Origin: a virus
Taxonomy: Duplodnaviria > Caudoviricetes
Virus record (IMG/VR): IMGVR_UViG_3300042914_002678
Direction: 5' to 3' (one strand)
Length of the DNA stretch: 64,000 bases
Shown piece after piece: positions 21,929 to 34,434 of this stretch. Made by a program: the position numbers and the translations under genes. Below the pieces are notes generated by a model that was not told the DNA's origin, searched no databases, and saw nothing but the letters and a program-made list of their open reading frames with translations. Each line of letters starts with the position of its first letter. The stretch's first letter is position 1.

Positions 21929-24900
21929 AAGAAACAAACCGATGAAACCACTTAAACTCTTTCAATACGATAAAAAAGTTTGGGATGATGGTGATGCCGA
22001 CTACACTTGGCAGTTCGGTATCATCAACAACAAAACATTATTCTGGGTTCATTATGAAAATCCCAGTCGTTTAGTTTTTAGTGATGGTGGATTACACATC
22101 CTATTCTCATTCTTTACTAATTCTTTATTTGGAGTAGATTTTCAACTTGGTAAGGTTGGTTTGAGTTTCAATTTTTTCACAGAATACTTTGATGGGTGGG
22201 AAGAATGACTAACCAACAACGAGCAGAAGAACTCCTAAAAGTTATTTGTAAAAGTGAAGCACACAATACTGCTTGGATGCTTCAAGAGGTTCTTCAACAA
22301 CTTCGTAAGCAACTATCAGGAACTAATAAGATTGATTTTACTGATGAACTGGATGTGATGTTTAATGCTGGATGGGATGAATGTCTCAAAGAGATTGATG
22401 CTATTTGTGATGAACTTTTAGAACTATGATGACTAACACAGCACACCAAATCTGGGAAGCATTCAAAGCAGAACTTACACAACCAGCAACAGATGATATG
22501 AAGGAAGCACTTGCTACTGCTATTCGTGTGATTTCTTCTCTAATTTATAGAGATGGAGTGCTTGCAAATGAACCTTGGCTTACTCATACTGCTCAAGAAC
22601 TAAATGAAATTGCTGGTGATGTGGAGGCACTCTAATGTCTATTGAAGATGGATTGACTTATCGGCACAAAGCATATGCTAATTCTATGAAAGCATATCGT
22701 CAGGCAAATCCCGATTGGAAAGAACAACAACTCGCAAGTGAAGAGTATGCTAAAAAATGGATGGAAACATCTGCTCGTGCTTATCAAATAGCACAAGAAA
22801 AACTTGCTGAATTGAATTTGGAGGCATTATGAAAGAACAAGCAAAGAAAATAGATGATGCCTACTGGAGAGCAATAACTAATGTTCCCGATATTTACACA
22901 AAGGGTCGGGTGCGTTTTGCTGCTGGTCTCCGTGAAACTATCAACCAACTCCAACAAAGCCCTGGTGTGATTATGTGTGCTGATGTGTTAGAATTGTGTG
23001 ATGAATTGGAGGCACTATGATTGAACTTCGTATCGTTGAAAATGAACTGGCAATGAAACCAGACATTCAGTATCGTTTTATGTTGTTTTCTGTTGATGCT
23101 TCTGGTGCTTTGTGCCCACCAAATCCTGATATGAAATGGTCTGAATGGAGAACTGCCGAATATGTGAAGGCAGAGGAGATTGTAAATGACTAAAACTCAA
23201 TCAGCATTAGAACGAGTTATTATTGAACTTGATAGTTGGTGTGATAATTGGACACCAACATCTTATAATGACCCTCGTATTAGTTTGAGACAGATTGCTG
23301 ACCGTGCCCGTGATGTTTTAGAACAGGAAGATGACTGAACCATTAAATCATAAACTTGATGTAAGTAAAATCAAAACACTCACAGATGTAAAGAATGTCT
23401 TTGAGTGTATGTGTTTGATTACTAATGCGAGTGAAGGATACGAAAAGTATGAACTCATCAAAGAATACTTCACTATTCCAAATGAGCCACAAGAACTTAC
23501 TGGATTTAAACTACCACGCAAGTCATTAGAAGAAATCTCACAAGAGTTTGATGAGAAAATTGATAAACAGATTGAGGATGTAGAGTATAAGTTCGCACAA
23601 CTCAAACATTATCAAGAGTATCAGTTTAGTAAAAAGATTACCAGGATTATTGAAGATATTGAACACGCAAAAAAATATGGTAGTTTTCCAGCAAAATTAG
23701 ATTACTCTAAACTTACTGCGACTGGTGGCAATATTACTTCCAATTTTGTAATCAAATCAGGTGGTAAAGAAGTTGGGTATTATACATTCGGTAATGGATA
23801 TTTGAGGTATCATATGGATAAAAAACCGACTGCGATTGTTCGGTTCTTTATGAATAAACTTTTAGATTTCCGTTGGATAGACACTTGAAGAACTGGCACA
23901 GGAGCATCCCACAGGTGCTCCTTTTGCCCTATAATGACTTCATACACACAGACACCTGATGAAACGCAACAACTTTGATTTTATGGATGCTTGGATTGCT
24001 GTGATTGCTGGTGGTGCTGTTTTGGTTTTTCTTGCTGCTCCCATCACAGGAATTATGAATGTCATTACAACTCAACAAGCACTCAACGAACAGTGTGGGA
24101 CTAACTACAACTTCTTCCAAGTTGCTACTGCGGGTGATAATCTTTCCCGTCTTTGTCAAATCAAAAATCAAACGGTGACGATTAAATGACTGAACGAGTA
24201 AAATTCACACAAGTCTCTAGAGTAATCTGTCCAAAGACAGGTGTGCATTATCTTGATGCAGTTGATATGAATGGGATTCACTGGATGGCACAAATGGAAA
24301 CTGGTGTAGAAAAGTGGATTACATATAAAAAAGTTTGGTATAAAGACCCACAGCAACCTTATGACGTTTGAAGAAATCCTAGAAGAATACGGACAGGAAG
24401 TATTAGACATATACTACGAACTCTTCCCAGATAAAAGTATCTCAAAGTTTCCTGACCGTTTCTGTGGTTTTGTTGGTGAATATCATGATTTTGTGTTAGA
24501 CTGTTATCATTCAACTGGTAGTGATGAACTGGAAACACTTGAAGACTTTATGAATGGTGTATTTCAAGAGTATTATTACTATTGCGAAAAGACAGCAACA
24601 GGATTTATATTTTATAATGAAGACCGATGACTGAGACCGACATCTCAAAAGTTCTCATAGAAGGAGAATACGCAACCATTATGGGAGTGAAGTATAAGAG
24701 AGTGGAAGAACCAAAGACAGCAGTAGAAGAAGCATATAAAGAAGTTTTCGGCAAGTATCCTGAAACTGGTTCAGATGCAACTAAATTTGATATTCAATCC
24801 TGGAATATCTTTCGGTATGGTTGGAATGCAGCAAAGGAAGATGGAGTGGTTGATGAACCAGAGTATTATGATGAAGTAGAGTGGGATGAGAAAGATAATC

Positions 24901-27496
24901 CAAAACCTATGGATGAAGTAGTTGATAAGTTGATAAAAGAACAACAAGCACAAAAACTCTACAATAGATTGTATGATGAACTTGGTTATGATTTTGATGC
25001 TTGTAATGATGTTGTAGATTTGGTGGAGGACTGGTTGCCGAAAGAACAATCAGCAGCAGGAAGTCAAAATGTTTATGTGGAGTGTAGTGTAGAAGGTTTT
25101 AATGATTGTCTCACAAAAATCAAGGGGATGTTACGATGACTCAACGCAACTTTGAAAAAGAACTTTTCTATTCCCGATATATTGATATGGAAGATGGGAA
25201 TGATAGTGAAACCATTTATTATCCTTCTTTGATTGGTATTATCACAGAGTTGTGTGATAGAATTGAGAAACTTGAAAAGAAGTTAGAAAAACAAGAAGAG
25301 TATGTTGCAGAGCAAAATGAACGATGATATGCCGTGGGTTAATCTCACACAAGAGGAAGTAGAAGAACTCCGCAGTAAGAAACAAGAACTCACTGAATAC
25401 GGCAAAGAGAAATTGAGGAAACTTATGAACCAACCTATTGAAGCAAAAGTATCCGAAGAAGATTTTAATAAGATTGTGGATCTTATGAATAATCCACAAC
25501 CATATCCAGATTCTATGTTTGAGGAAGCAGAGCGTCGTGAAGCAGCAAACAGAGAACTTGCAAAGGAAGAATGGGAACGTAGAGAACGTGCTGATACTGT
25601 CCTGCGACGATATAATCACTTCTATAATGAAGAATGTTCTGGTCTTCCCCATGGAACACCAATCACACCAGAACATATGCAGGCAATGACACTTGAATGT
25701 ATGATTGATGCTCTCCGTTGTGAGAATATGAATGTAGAGTATGATGTGATTGCTGTTGACGACATCAAGGATTTGATTGAAGGATTGTATCGGCAAAGTA
25801 ATGAGTTTCTAAAGAGAGTGGAAGAGTTTAAAGATAGTGCTGATGGAGTAGCATAATGAACCTTACATTTAAACAACATATTCTCTTGTTAGCAGGACTT
25901 ACATTGTTGTGTGATGAATCTGTAAAGGTTAATAACTCTGAAATGCAACACGAAATTCTAGAACTTTCTGCTATTGTTCAAGAGTATGCTGAAAGGAGGC
26001 AAAGGGCAGATGAACGACGAAAAAAACTATCATGAGTAGATTTACTGAAAATCCTGACGAAATTGTGCTGGAAGATGTGAAGATGTTTCACCTTGAAAGT
26101 ATGAATGAGCGCAGTTTGTGGGTGGGCATTTACACACAAAACGGCAAGACTTACCACTTGAATATTCACGCTGATGGTGATAAACTTAAATACTATTGGA
26201 GTAACGAAACAATCTAAAACTCAAAGGAGAACACTAAAATGAAACTCTGCAACGTTATCTTTTTCTCACTCATTGGTGTTTGTGTTGCTGGTATGGTGTA
26301 TGCTAATACTACGGTAGAAAGGACATCACAACATACATCTACCATTTCTGGAACATCTGGCGATTTGAATTGTTCTGGAACATCCTGTGTTGTAAAAGAA
26401 AAATGAGATTTGAAAACCCAACAAAATGGGAACTCTTCCTTGATGGTTTCCGCAATATTCTGTATATTCTTGACTGTTATGATGACGGTGATGAATGGGG
26501 TTATGGTGAGTTCTGGGAGAGTTTGAGTATCGGTTGGTTTGAGGAATACATCTATCCTTATGATGACCCATACAATCTAACCATCAGTCCAGAACGTAAG
26601 TTGAGGTTAGCACAAGAACTACCAAAGATTACTCTATCAGTAGAGGACTATGATGAACTTGTGCGAAAAATCAATGAACCACAAGATCCTGCTGTGGTGG
26701 AAAGAATTAAAGAACTGATGAGTAGGAAAGCCCCCTGGGATGATAATGATGACTGAAGAAGATAAGTATGCTCTCAAAGAGTTGCTCCGTGGTTTTGGTG
26801 TATTTGCTGGTGCCTCTGTTGTATTCATTGTTATTCTGATTGTACTTGCTTATTTTGCCTCAGGTGGTAAACCATTGAGTTCATCATTTGAAATGGTTGA
26901 CAAATACAAAGAATGTGATGTAGTACGCTATGCCCCACATCAGGTTGCAGAATACAAATATTTTTTATATTGTCCGAAATGACTGAGAAATCTAAAATCT
27001 TCTATGACATCTGGAAATGTGCTTATCAACGTAGATTCCTATATAAAGGAACTGTAAGAGAGCACAGAGAGCATGAAACTGTGCGTATGTGTCTTGATAT
27101 GAAAGACGTGAAGTTCTATGAGTTTGATACAGACAAACCGCATTATCTACGATGACTTGGGCAGAGTATATCTTTCAACATCTCATTCCTACTTGGTTTC
27201 ATTCTTTTGGATGTAACTTCCGTATGTGGAGGGACTTGATGACTGGAAACTATGAGAATTATGCTCTACTGAAAGATGATGACCCATTCCAAGAATGTTA
27301 TGAATGGTTCTGGACTTCTATTAACTTGGATGAAACTTACCCTAAAGAGTTTCTTGAGTATTTGCAGCAGATGGTTGATGATATAGAATCTGGCAAAGTA
27401 AAAACATATCCACTTGATGAGGTTATGGATAGAATGAAAGAACTTGTGGGAGATATTATAGATACTGTAGATTTAGATGAGACATTAGATGAGTGA
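21909..27496 (+). CDS. Run of about 20 small hypothetical ORFs, some with hydrophobic segments (23959, 26740)
   Basis: ORF track; translational coupling; no recognised domain. Confidence 0.55.
23880..23943 (+). promoter_or_regulatory. Early promoter / stem-loop element with palindromic box
   Basis: GACACTTGAAGAACTGGCACA; stem AGGAGCAT/GTGCTCCT; TATAAT 23930-23935. Confidence 0.75.
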
Positions 27497-27962
27497 AGTT
27501 ACTTTTAAGAAACATAGAGTATTCCGTGAAACAGATGCAGTTGTTTTCTATGATATCTCGGTGGATGGGTCAAACGCTCAGGACCTTGTGGTACATTCTG
27601 GTCCTGCTATCAGTCCTCCTGATGATATTGTAGGAGCAAAGCAGTTTTATATTCACTATCATCAAATAGATCACAATCGTGTTCTATCTGGACTTCGCAC
27701 ATTTGAACTTGTAAATCCAGAGTGGCGTTATCCTTATCATATCGTTCATCTTAATCGTTCTTCTGGTGCATTGGTTATTCCTAAGATGACTTACCATCGT
27801 TCTTATTCTGGTGCCGATGGTTCTATTGTTATCAATCAAGCAATTCGTGATGGTGAGTTTGATCCTGAAACAGAATTTGTGCCAGTATCAGCAGCAAAAG
27901 ATAGTAAACTGTATCATATCCTTGCACACGAAAAACCAGTGATTCATACGCTTGGAGAATAA
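27489..27962 (+). CDS. Cupin (RmlC-like) fold protein
   Basis: HYHQIDH..V.SG motif 1 and LVIPKMTYH motif 2, typical cupin metal-binding pattern. Confidence 0.55.
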   Translation: MSEVTFKKHRVFRETDAVVFYDISVDGSNAQDLVVHSGPAISPPDDIVGAKQFYIHYHQIDHNRVLSGLRTFELVNPEWRYPYHIVHLNRSSGALVIPKMTYHRSYSGADGSIVINQAIRDGEFDPETEFVPVSAAKDSKLYHILAHEKPVIHTLGE

Positions 27963-27964
27963 CT

Positions 27965-28360
27965 ATGGGGATGTTTGATTATGTCCGTTCTTCATATGAT
28001 TTGGGAGAACAGTTCACAAATGTAACTTGTCAGACAAAAGATATTGAAGAATGTTATAGTGGTACTATGACACACTTTTGGATTGACCCCAAAGGTGTTT
28101 TGTGGTGTCCTGATTATAAAGGTACAAGCACCTTTGAGATTATAGAAAAGGATGATCCTAGATATAATCCTAAGCATCTATTCTTGAACTATGAGTGGAT
28201 ACCTACGGGGCAACATGGAAAGTATCAAGTTCATCCAATCACAAAGTATATTGAAATCTACCCTGAAAGTTGGAAAGGCGAATGGGAAGATTGGCCCCGA
28301 TTGCGATTACACTTTAAGAATGGTGTGTTACAAGATTATGAGGATGTGACAGGGCGATGA
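27965..28360 (+). CDS. Conserved phage hypothetical protein (MGMFDYV...)
   Basis: ORF track. Confidence 0.6.
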   Translation: MGMFDYVRSSYDLGEQFTNVTCQTKDIEECYSGTMTHFWIDPKGVLWCPDYKGTSTFEIIEKDDPRYNPKHLFLNYEWIPTGQHGKYQVHPITKYIEIYPESWKGEWEDWPRLRLHFKNGVLQDYEDVTGR

Positions 28361-28481
28361 GTGACAAGGTTAAGGTGGTCATTATGTTAAGTGTCCTGGT
28401 GGCACTTGACTTGTGCATCATTGGTGGGATATTATGGAAGGGTCACGCAAACTTCCCTGAACTCATCAAACACCTGCACAA

Positions 28482-28943
28482 ATGAAAGAGTTTGATTATT
28501 CACTTGATTACAAAACTTTAGATTTCACAAATTTTAGTACAAGAAAACTATATAGAATTGGACGCGGGGAGCAGGGAGTTCTCTTGTGTCGCCCATACAC
28601 CGAAGATATTTGCCAGTATTGGAGGTTCAAGGATGAGACTACTGCTCGCAAATCTGCTCTTAAGATATACGAAATGTTCTGTTCGTACAACAGGAACGAC
28701 GATTTCATTGGTATGGATATGGCACGCAAATTCCTTGAGATGGGATTTACACGGAGTCGGAGATACGCGAATCACTCTGACGGGAAAAAATACTCTGAAG
28801 ATGGTAAAGTATTACCCCAGAACAAAGATGCACTTACAAATGAGAAGGCAAGAGCGGCAACAATCTTCAAACATTTCAGAGATTTAGCAGCAAAAGACCC
28901 AAAGTATGTTATGATGCGTAAAGAGTGGAGAGCAGCAGAATGA
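28482..28943 (+). CDS. DUF4385-family protein
   Basis: YRIGRGEQGVLLCRPY...WRFKD...DFIGMDMARKFLEMGFTRSRRYANH signature. Confidence 0.75.
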   Translation: MKEFDYSLDYKTLDFTNFSTRKLYRIGRGEQGVLLCRPYTEDICQYWRFKDETTARKSALKIYEMFCSYNRNDDFIGMDMARKFLEMGFTRSRRYANHSDGKKYSEDGKVLPQNKDALTNEKARAATIFKHFRDLAAKDPKYVMMRKEWRAAE

Positions 28944-30613
28944 CTGAAGCACCTTTGTTTCCCTATGAAAAGTTTGGATACAGACTTGAATTTGGTGAAA
29001 AGAAGAATACTACAATCTGCTGGTTTGAGTGTCAAGAACACCTTGACAAATACCTAGAAAGATATAAACTGGATAAGAGAACTATTAAGATTGATTATCG
29101 TGATGGAGAACCCGTTTCACCCAGTAAAAGGAACAAGAGAAGTGTGGAGCAAACACCTAAACCAAAAAGTAACAGAGGTTCAGGTGCAGTTCAAAAACGA
29201 AAGTCCAGCGTGGATTCCACTAGAAACACTGCTCGCACTACAAAGCGTAAAAAATGAACGATAAAACCAAACTCATTCTTGCTCTAATGCAAATTGATAA
29301 TCTTACAAAACTGTTGGAAGGTAATGAATATCAAAAATTTTTATATGGACATTTGATTTCAACACAAATTGAACTACAGAGGCAATTAAGTCATTATGAG
29401 TAAAGAATTGATTGACGAAGCATTTTATGTAGAAGAAAAGAAATATGGACTATGGCAATCTCATTATCCTGATGGAAAAGGTATCATCACATCACTCACT
29501 GAAGAAGAATGTGTGAGAGCAACAAGATTTTATCTGAAAGGGTTGCAAGAAGGATGGGATGATGATAATATTGTAAAACACGAAGGAACTGTAGGAGGAA
29601 AACTCTAATGGCATTACGCACTTTTACTGACAAGAATGGCAATGTTTGGGAATGGAATGAAACACCCGAAGTATTAGCAGCACTTAAAAACTTTCACGCT
29701 AGAAACTATGAAGGACCACTCTATGCCCCACATCCTGATTTGAGTAATGAAAATAAGACTAACTCCTAATCAACAGATGTGGGCTAATATCTTTAAGTGT
29801 GCTGTTGAAAGGTCTAACATTTACTTCAAAGAAAAAGATCTTGATAGACACGCAAGAGAGCACACAACTGTGGTATTAGCAATACAAAAAGGTGAACAGT
29901 TTTGGAAGCAATTGTTGTGAACTATCACGTTCTTGATGAAACAACACCTTGGTATGAGTGGTTGTGTTATTGTGAAATCTGTTATCAATTAGACGTTCCT
30001 GAGCAACCATCTCTGGGACGTTTTATGGCATATCGTAGATACTTAAAATCTATTGGAGTTTTGTAATGTTTAATGCTGATCCATTTTGGTTTCATAAAAA
30101 ATGGGGACTAAATGATAAATCACTTGAAGAGAGAATAACAGAATTAGAAAACCTGGTTTCTAGTCTTCAAGAGAAATATAATGAAGCCCTTGAAGATATT
30201 GAAAGGTTAAAAGAAGAAAACGTAGAAACTTCTAATTGTTTGTATGAATTGTCTAATTGTATTGATGCAGTTGATGCGCGTATAGATATTCTGACTTTGG
30301 ATAATTGGGGAAAGAAAAATGTATGAACTTGACTCCTTTGAACGCGCATTAGCACACTTTGGAACCAGAGTTGATATAATCATCGCACTAGAAATGGGAG
30401 GAAAACTTGATGCTGACTCTGCTTACAAGAATATTAAATCTGAACTTAAAGAACTCAAGCGAATCCGTAAACAATACAAAAAAGACACGGATTTGTGATA
30501 AATGTGGCGAGACAAAACCACTTGACATAGACCACTACCAGGTGGTAAAGTATTTCCGTGATGGTTTCTCCTACTACTGCCACGACTGCTCTAAACCCAA
30601 ACCCAGAGATTGA
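28925..30613 (+). CDS. Run of small hypothetical ORFs
   Basis: ORF track and hand reading. Confidence 0.5.
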
Positions 30614-31329
30614 TTATGGACTATAAAAAGTATTCGCTTGAAAATCTTGAGAAGTGGATTGAAGATGCAATCAATAGTAGTGAAGCATCCCCGCAAGAGA
30701 TTTACAATGTCATCAAAAATGTAGTGGCAGATAATTATTACTGCTATAAAAATCACACTGAAAGGTGTTATGAACTTCTAGCACTTCTGAATGGTAATGG
30801 TAATTTTAATCTATCCGAAATTCTAAAAGAAAAAGAGTACTATGAAGGTTCCGAGGATGACAAGATCCTCTCTTGCAATAAAGACGACCAATCACCCGAA
30901 TGTCAAAAGTCTTGGACTGATTTTTGGAATGAGGTAGATGAAAAGCATAGTCGTGAGTATAACCTGCGTGAAGCAGAGTATTATGACAAGCGAGCACAAC
31001 TTGATGCTGAAGTAGAAGCAATCAAAAAAGCAGGTGGTTATGAATGGACACCACATACAAGTTCTGAATATACCCACGCAAAGATTCAGGCAGCATCTCC
31101 ATACAATGACGGATTTACTCAAGAATACTACCAAAACATCGTAGATAAGTATGAGGGGAAAAAAGATACAGTAGTTAAGTGGCAACTTCCCGTTGAGGTA
31201 GATGGTGCAAGTGGTGAATACTTTATTAACTTCCCAGATGATTTGCTAGAAGCAGCAAATCTAAAAGAAGGAGACCAAGTTGAGTGGGTTGCCCAAGGTA
31301 ATGGTTCATATCTGTTGAAGAAAGTGTAA
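30610..31329 (+). CDS. Hypothetical protein with C-terminal AbrB/SpoVT-like swapped-hairpin domain
   Basis: C-terminal KWQLPVEVDG.SGEYFINFPDDLLEAANLKEGDQVEW....NGSYLLKK pattern. Confidence 0.5.
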   Translation: MIMDYKKYSLENLEKWIEDAINSSEASPQEIYNVIKNVVADNYYCYKNHTERCYELLALLNGNGNFNLSEILKEKEYYEGSEDDKILSCNKDDQSPECQKSWTDFWNEVDEKHSREYNLREAEYYDKRAQLDAEVEAIKKAGGYEWTPHTSSEYTHAKIQAASPYNDGFTQEYYQNIVDKYEGKKDTVVKWQLPVEVDGASGEYFINFPDDLLEAANLKEGDQVEWVAQGNGSYLLKKV

Positions 31330-32008
31330 TGCATACTCTTCAATTTCTTGCACCTATTCTTGGTGGTCTTTGTGTTAATAATTTTATGGAAAAACAAGGT
31401 GACTTCTGTAACTTTAGACAAGAACCACCATCTGCGATAAAATATTATGAACCTGGAATGTCCTGTTACAAGAATGGGATTTTCTATGAAAAATGTGAAA
31501 ATAGCCCTGAGGTTAAGTATTAATGGCACTAAGTAATTCTGTAGAAGAAAGTTTAAAAGAGGCAGAGCAAAGTTTAAGAAATGCTCTTGCCTTTGCTGCG
31601 CGACAAGAAAAACCTTTTGTTGCCCGCGAGTTGTCAGAAATGATTTGTAGGATTGATACTCTTATCAAAACAGATCAACTTTTTGATAAACTTGAGGAAC
31701 GGATGAAAAGTGATGGTGAAGACCGTGGTTCTTTTGGAACTTTCTTTGGTTAAGAGATATTAACCAACTACGAAGAAAATATTAAGTTTATAGATACTGA
31801 TGTATTGGTATGCTAACATACCATTGTTATCTGGGGACACACTATGACTTATTCGGCAAAACGTAATACTAAACTTACCGATGCAGAATGGCAAGAGATG
31901 ACTGCACTTAAAAATGCAATCAATGAGCGCCCACAGTCAGTTCATCCAGATAAAATGGAAGAGTTCACTGAGTATTTGGTACGAAGTTTGAAGGAAAAGG
32001 GCGGTTGA
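31329..32008 (+). CDS. Three small hypothetical ORFs (31329-31523, 31523-31753, 31844-32008)
   Basis: ORF track; the last was translated by hand. Confidence 0.55.
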
Positions 32009-32056
32009 AAAAGTGTCACAAGGGGACTTTACAAGTCCCCTTTTTTCATATATACT
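32001..32056 (+). promoter_or_regulatory. Early promoter overlapping a GGGGAC/GTCCCC stem-loop, with degenerate palindromic box
   Basis: GCGGTTGAAAAAGTGTCACA; TTTACA 32028-32033, 17 nt, TATACT 32051-32056. Confidence 0.7.
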
Positions 32057-32077
32057 ACTTTAAGAATATTAAATCCA

Positions 32078-32494
32078 ATGAATCTCAAGGCAGTTTTACT
32101 TGCTAGTTTGATTGCATCTCCAATCGCCGCTTTTGCACAACAAACTAATATCTACTCAGTTTGTACAAACTATCAAGAAAACTATACTCCTGGATATTAT
32201 GACCAATACGGCAATTATGTTCAGGGTAGGGTGAATACTGAACGATACAATGTTCAGTGCGGAACTGGTACATATTATCGTCCAAATGGTGGGACAGTGT
32301 ATCAGTCTCCAGTTTCTGCTCCTGTACCTCAACCTGGATACGGTAGGCGTTATTGCTCTCCTGCAAGAACCACTCTTGGTGGTCTTTTGGGTGGAGGAAT
32401 TGCAGCTGCAGTTTCAAAGAAAGATGCTTGGAGTTGGGCAATTCCTTTGGGTGCAGTTCTTGGTAGTGGTGCAGCACAAGCAGGTTGCTATTGA
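32078..32494 (+). CDS. Signal-peptide, glycine-zipper membrane protein
   Basis: N-terminal MNLKAVLLASLIASPIAAFA; C-terminal GGLLGGGIAAAV...IPLGAVLGSGAA. Confidence 0.6.
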   Translation: MNLKAVLLASLIASPIAAFAQQTNIYSVCTNYQENYTPGYYDQYGNYVQGRVNTERYNVQCGTGTYYRPNGGTVYQSPVSAPVPQPGYGRRYCSPARTTLGGLLGGGIAAAVSKKDAWSWAIPLGAVLGSGAAQAGCY

Positions 32495-32519
32495 CAACTC
32501 TATCTTTTAATATTATACT
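32491..32519 (+). promoter_or_regulatory. Near-consensus sigma70 promoter for the ParB-like/dam pair
   Basis: TTGACA 32491-32496, 17 nt, TATACT 32514-32519. Confidence 0.75.
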
Positions 32520-32588
32520 TTTAATAGTCCAAATCAGACGATGACTATAAACTCAAGTCCTACTTTCTAAACTCCACAGGAGAATACA

Positions 32589-33533
32589 ATGACAAGTTAC
32601 ATTCAAGATCCAAAGTTAAAAACTTTGGCAGAAATTGCCGTGTCTCTTGGTAAAATTAAGTTTGCCAAAGGTGCAGTAGGAAAACAATTAAAACTAATTT
32701 ATCTAAAAGTTTCACAACTTCGTGTAAGTTCAGACTATCAAAGGTTTATTCAAACTGCTACTCTGAAGAAAGCAAAGCAGTTTAATAACGAACTATGCCA
32801 ACCTTTGTTTGTTGCCCTCCGTCCAGATGGTGTCTATGTGATTGTAGACGGACAACACAAAGCAATTATGGCATTTCTGGCAGAACTTCCAGAAGATTTT
32901 GAAATCCCATGTTTTGTTTATATTCACGATAAAGATTCAACTCTTTCTGACTGTATTGCAAAGGAAGCAAAACTTTTTGAAGACCTGAATACCACTCGCA
33001 AAAATACAAGCACTCTTGATAAAGTTCGTGCTGGTCTTTCGTATGGTGATGAAGATTCCGTGCAGTTTGAGAACAACTTCATTGCTATTGGTGTTAAAGC
33101 AGAAGGAATCGGGTATAAGAACGGTCCAGAGGTGAATGGATTTGCGAAAGCAGTTGAATCTATCAATAAGTGGAAGATTAGCAACACCAAACAAGCAGTT
33201 GATTTTCTTTATCCCATTTACAACAATCAGTGGGGATGTGATTATATTGATGGGAGCATGATTGGTGGACTTGCTGGCATATTCAACTTGATTGACGCTC
33301 TTGGCAATGGTAAAAAAGCAGATGGTCTCCAAGGTTATCTAAAGAATAACTTTGCCAATGTTTCTAAAGCAAAATGGACTGAAAATACTAGGGGAAACTC
33401 TGATGTTCTGATTGCCAGAAAGATTGTCAAGAAGTATAATGATCTTGTAGAGCAAAATATGATTGATGGTGCCGTGATTGGTGAAGATATGCTCTCAAAC
33501 AACAAACTTGGAAGACTTGATGAAGTTTCATAA
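32589..33533 (+). CDS. ParB/Srx-like (DGQH-motif) N-terminal domain protein
   Basis: L.VSSDYQRFI...PLFVALRPDG.YVIVDGQHK motifs. Confidence 0.6.
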   Translation: MTSYIQDPKLKTLAEIAVSLGKIKFAKGAVGKQLKLIYLKVSQLRVSSDYQRFIQTATLKKAKQFNNELCQPLFVALRPDGVYVIVDGQHKAIMAFLAELPEDFEIPCFVYIHDKDSTLSDCIAKEAKLFEDLNTTRKNTSTLDKVRAGLSYGDEDSVQFENNFIAIGVKAEGIGYKNGPEVNGFAKAVESINKWKISNTKQAVDFLYPIYNNQWGCDYIDGSMIGGLAGIFNLIDALGNGKKADGLQGYLKNNFANVSKAKWTENTRGNSDVLIARKIVKKYNDLVEQNMIDGAVIGEDMLSNNKLGRLDEVS

Positions 33534-33536
33534 TCT

Positions 33537-34394
33537 ATGAACAAACCTTTACTTAAATGGGCAGGAAACAAGTATAGGGTCCTGCCCTTTCTTATTCCAC
33601 ATATTGGTTACCCAAAGCGTTATTGTGAACCCTTTGGTGGTAGTCTTGCTGTTGCACTGAATACGCCAGCAGAGCAATACATTCTCAACGATGTGAATAA
33701 AGATTTGGTGGCAATCTACCAGAATCTGGTGAATCCAAATGATGATAATTTTATCAAGTATTGTCAAGAACTATTCACCTCAGAAAATAACACCAGAGAA
33801 GCATACATTGATTTGGTAAAACACTTCAATCAGGCAACAGATTCTGTAGAGAGAGCACGATTATTCATCTATCTAAATCGTCATTGCTTCAATGGTCTGT
33901 CAAGATACAACAAAAAGGGTGACTTTAATGTTCCCTATGGTAGAGAGTTTAAAGATAAAAAAACTGGAGAAAAATACATTCAAAGTGCTTATTTTCCTGA
34001 AGAAGAGATGATGAACTTTAGAATGTATTTTCTCACTAAACAACTGGTAAGGTTCACATCACTTTCTTTTGAAGATCCTTCACTTTATGAAGACCTAGAA
34101 GCGGGAGATGTTGTCTATTTTGACCCACCATATGTTCCTGCTTCAGATACTGCTAACTTTACAAGTTATGCTACTGATGGTTTTACTCACGACCAACAGG
34201 TTCAGTTGGCAAACTTAGCAGAATCTCTTGCTGCCAAAGGTATTAAAGTGATTGTGTCCAATCATAATACACCAGTCACACAAGAACTATACAAAAATGC
34301 TACAATCTATCCTATTCAGGTGACTAGAACTATTGCTGCAAATGGCAATAGTAGGAAGAAAGCAGATGAGTTAATCGCTGTGTATTCTTGTTAG
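33537..34394 (+). CDS. dam: Dam-family (D12 class) DNA adenine methyltransferase, probably GATC-specific
   Basis: LKWAGNK, EPFGGS, LNRHCFNGLSRYNKKGDFNVPYG (Dam recognition hairpin), DPPY, SNH. The stop codon lies inside the first repeat copy. Confidence 0.9.
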   Translation: MNKPLLKWAGNKYRVLPFLIPHIGYPKRYCEPFGGSLAVALNTPAEQYILNDVNKDLVAIYQNLVNPNDDNFIKYCQELFTSENNTREAYIDLVKHFNQATDSVERARLFIYLNRHCFNGLSRYNKKGDFNVPYGREFKDKKTGEKYIQSAYFPEEEMMNFRMYFLTKQLVRFTSLSFEDPSLYEDLEAGDVVYFDPPYVPASDTANFTSYATDGFTHDQQVQLANLAESLAAKGIKVIVSNHNTPVTQELYKNATIYPIQVTRTIAANGNSRKKADELIAVYSC

Positions 34395-34434
34395 GATCGT
34401 CTAAAGTGTCCTAGTAATGTAAGCACACAACACA

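Noticed and set aside
31750-31790. Possible Pho box (repeated TTAA)
   Set aside because: The spacing is 10 and 22 nt rather than a clean 11-nt tandem, and there are no phosphate-related genes nearby.
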